Notes under the pieces: model-generated
Databases searched by the model: none
Told to the model about the DNA's origin: nothing
The model's input: only the letters and a program-made list of their open reading frames with translations
Origin: Octopus bimaculoides
Lineage: Eukaryota
Length of the DNA stretch: 64,000 bases
Direction: 5' to 3'
Assembly: GCF_001194135.2 (NCBI RefSeq)
Contig: NC_068992.1
Coordinates: forward strand, 30,982,097-31,046,096
Part shown: one piece after another, positions 63,683 to 64,000 of the stretch
How positions within the stretch are numbered: position 1 is the first letter of the stretch
Layout: every line of letters begins with the position of its first letter
Program-made: the position numbers and the translations under genes

Positions 63683-64000
63683 TACACACACACATACAAA
63701 ATCACACACACACACAAACACACACACACAGACACACACACAAAACACACACATACACACACACGCACAAACACACGTACATGCATTTCTGACACATTGC
63801 ATGTGTTCATGTGCGTGCGTGTGCGTGAGAGTGTGCGTGTACAGACGCTTTTGTTTAGCAGTTGATGCGTGCTTGTTTGAATGTTGTATATATATATATA
63901 TATTAATTCAAGTGCACAGTAACATATATCCATTACAGCCTTCTTACTAGTTTGTTTTGTACTAGGGGTTCAACGGAGTGTTAAACAACAGCCCATTTAT

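Overview
This is an AT-rich, microsatellite-rich animal genomic window with many assembly N-gaps. The SINE families and repeat landscape point to a coleoid cephalopod, most likely Octopus (inference). There is no prokaryote-style gene cluster, CRISPR array, rRNA or bona fide tRNA. The window is mostly decayed transposable elements: (1) a stack of at least six co-oriented R4/Dong-clade non-LTR retrotransposons in the first 17 kb, one near full length (3894-8124) with a 24-bp 5' tandem array and (AAT)n flanks; (2) a nested locus in which one Dong RT gene is split by a Mutator-like DNA transposon (exact 9-bp TSD GAGATTTTC) and by a Penelope-like element ending in a tRNA-like segment, followed by a near-perfect 105-nt foldback; (3) four mariner remnants, one complete with TIRs and TA TSD at 62448-63682; (4) CR1/L2-group, L1/Tx1, RTE, Penelope and HERO-like LINE fragments, plus several tRNA-derived SINEs. 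Several + strand segments with GT-AG boundaries and open, phase-compatible frames suggest one or more unidentified spliced host genes, but I cannot name the product. Most ORFs in the supplied track are microsatellite, N-gap or chance artefacts. Boundaries of degraded elements are approximate.
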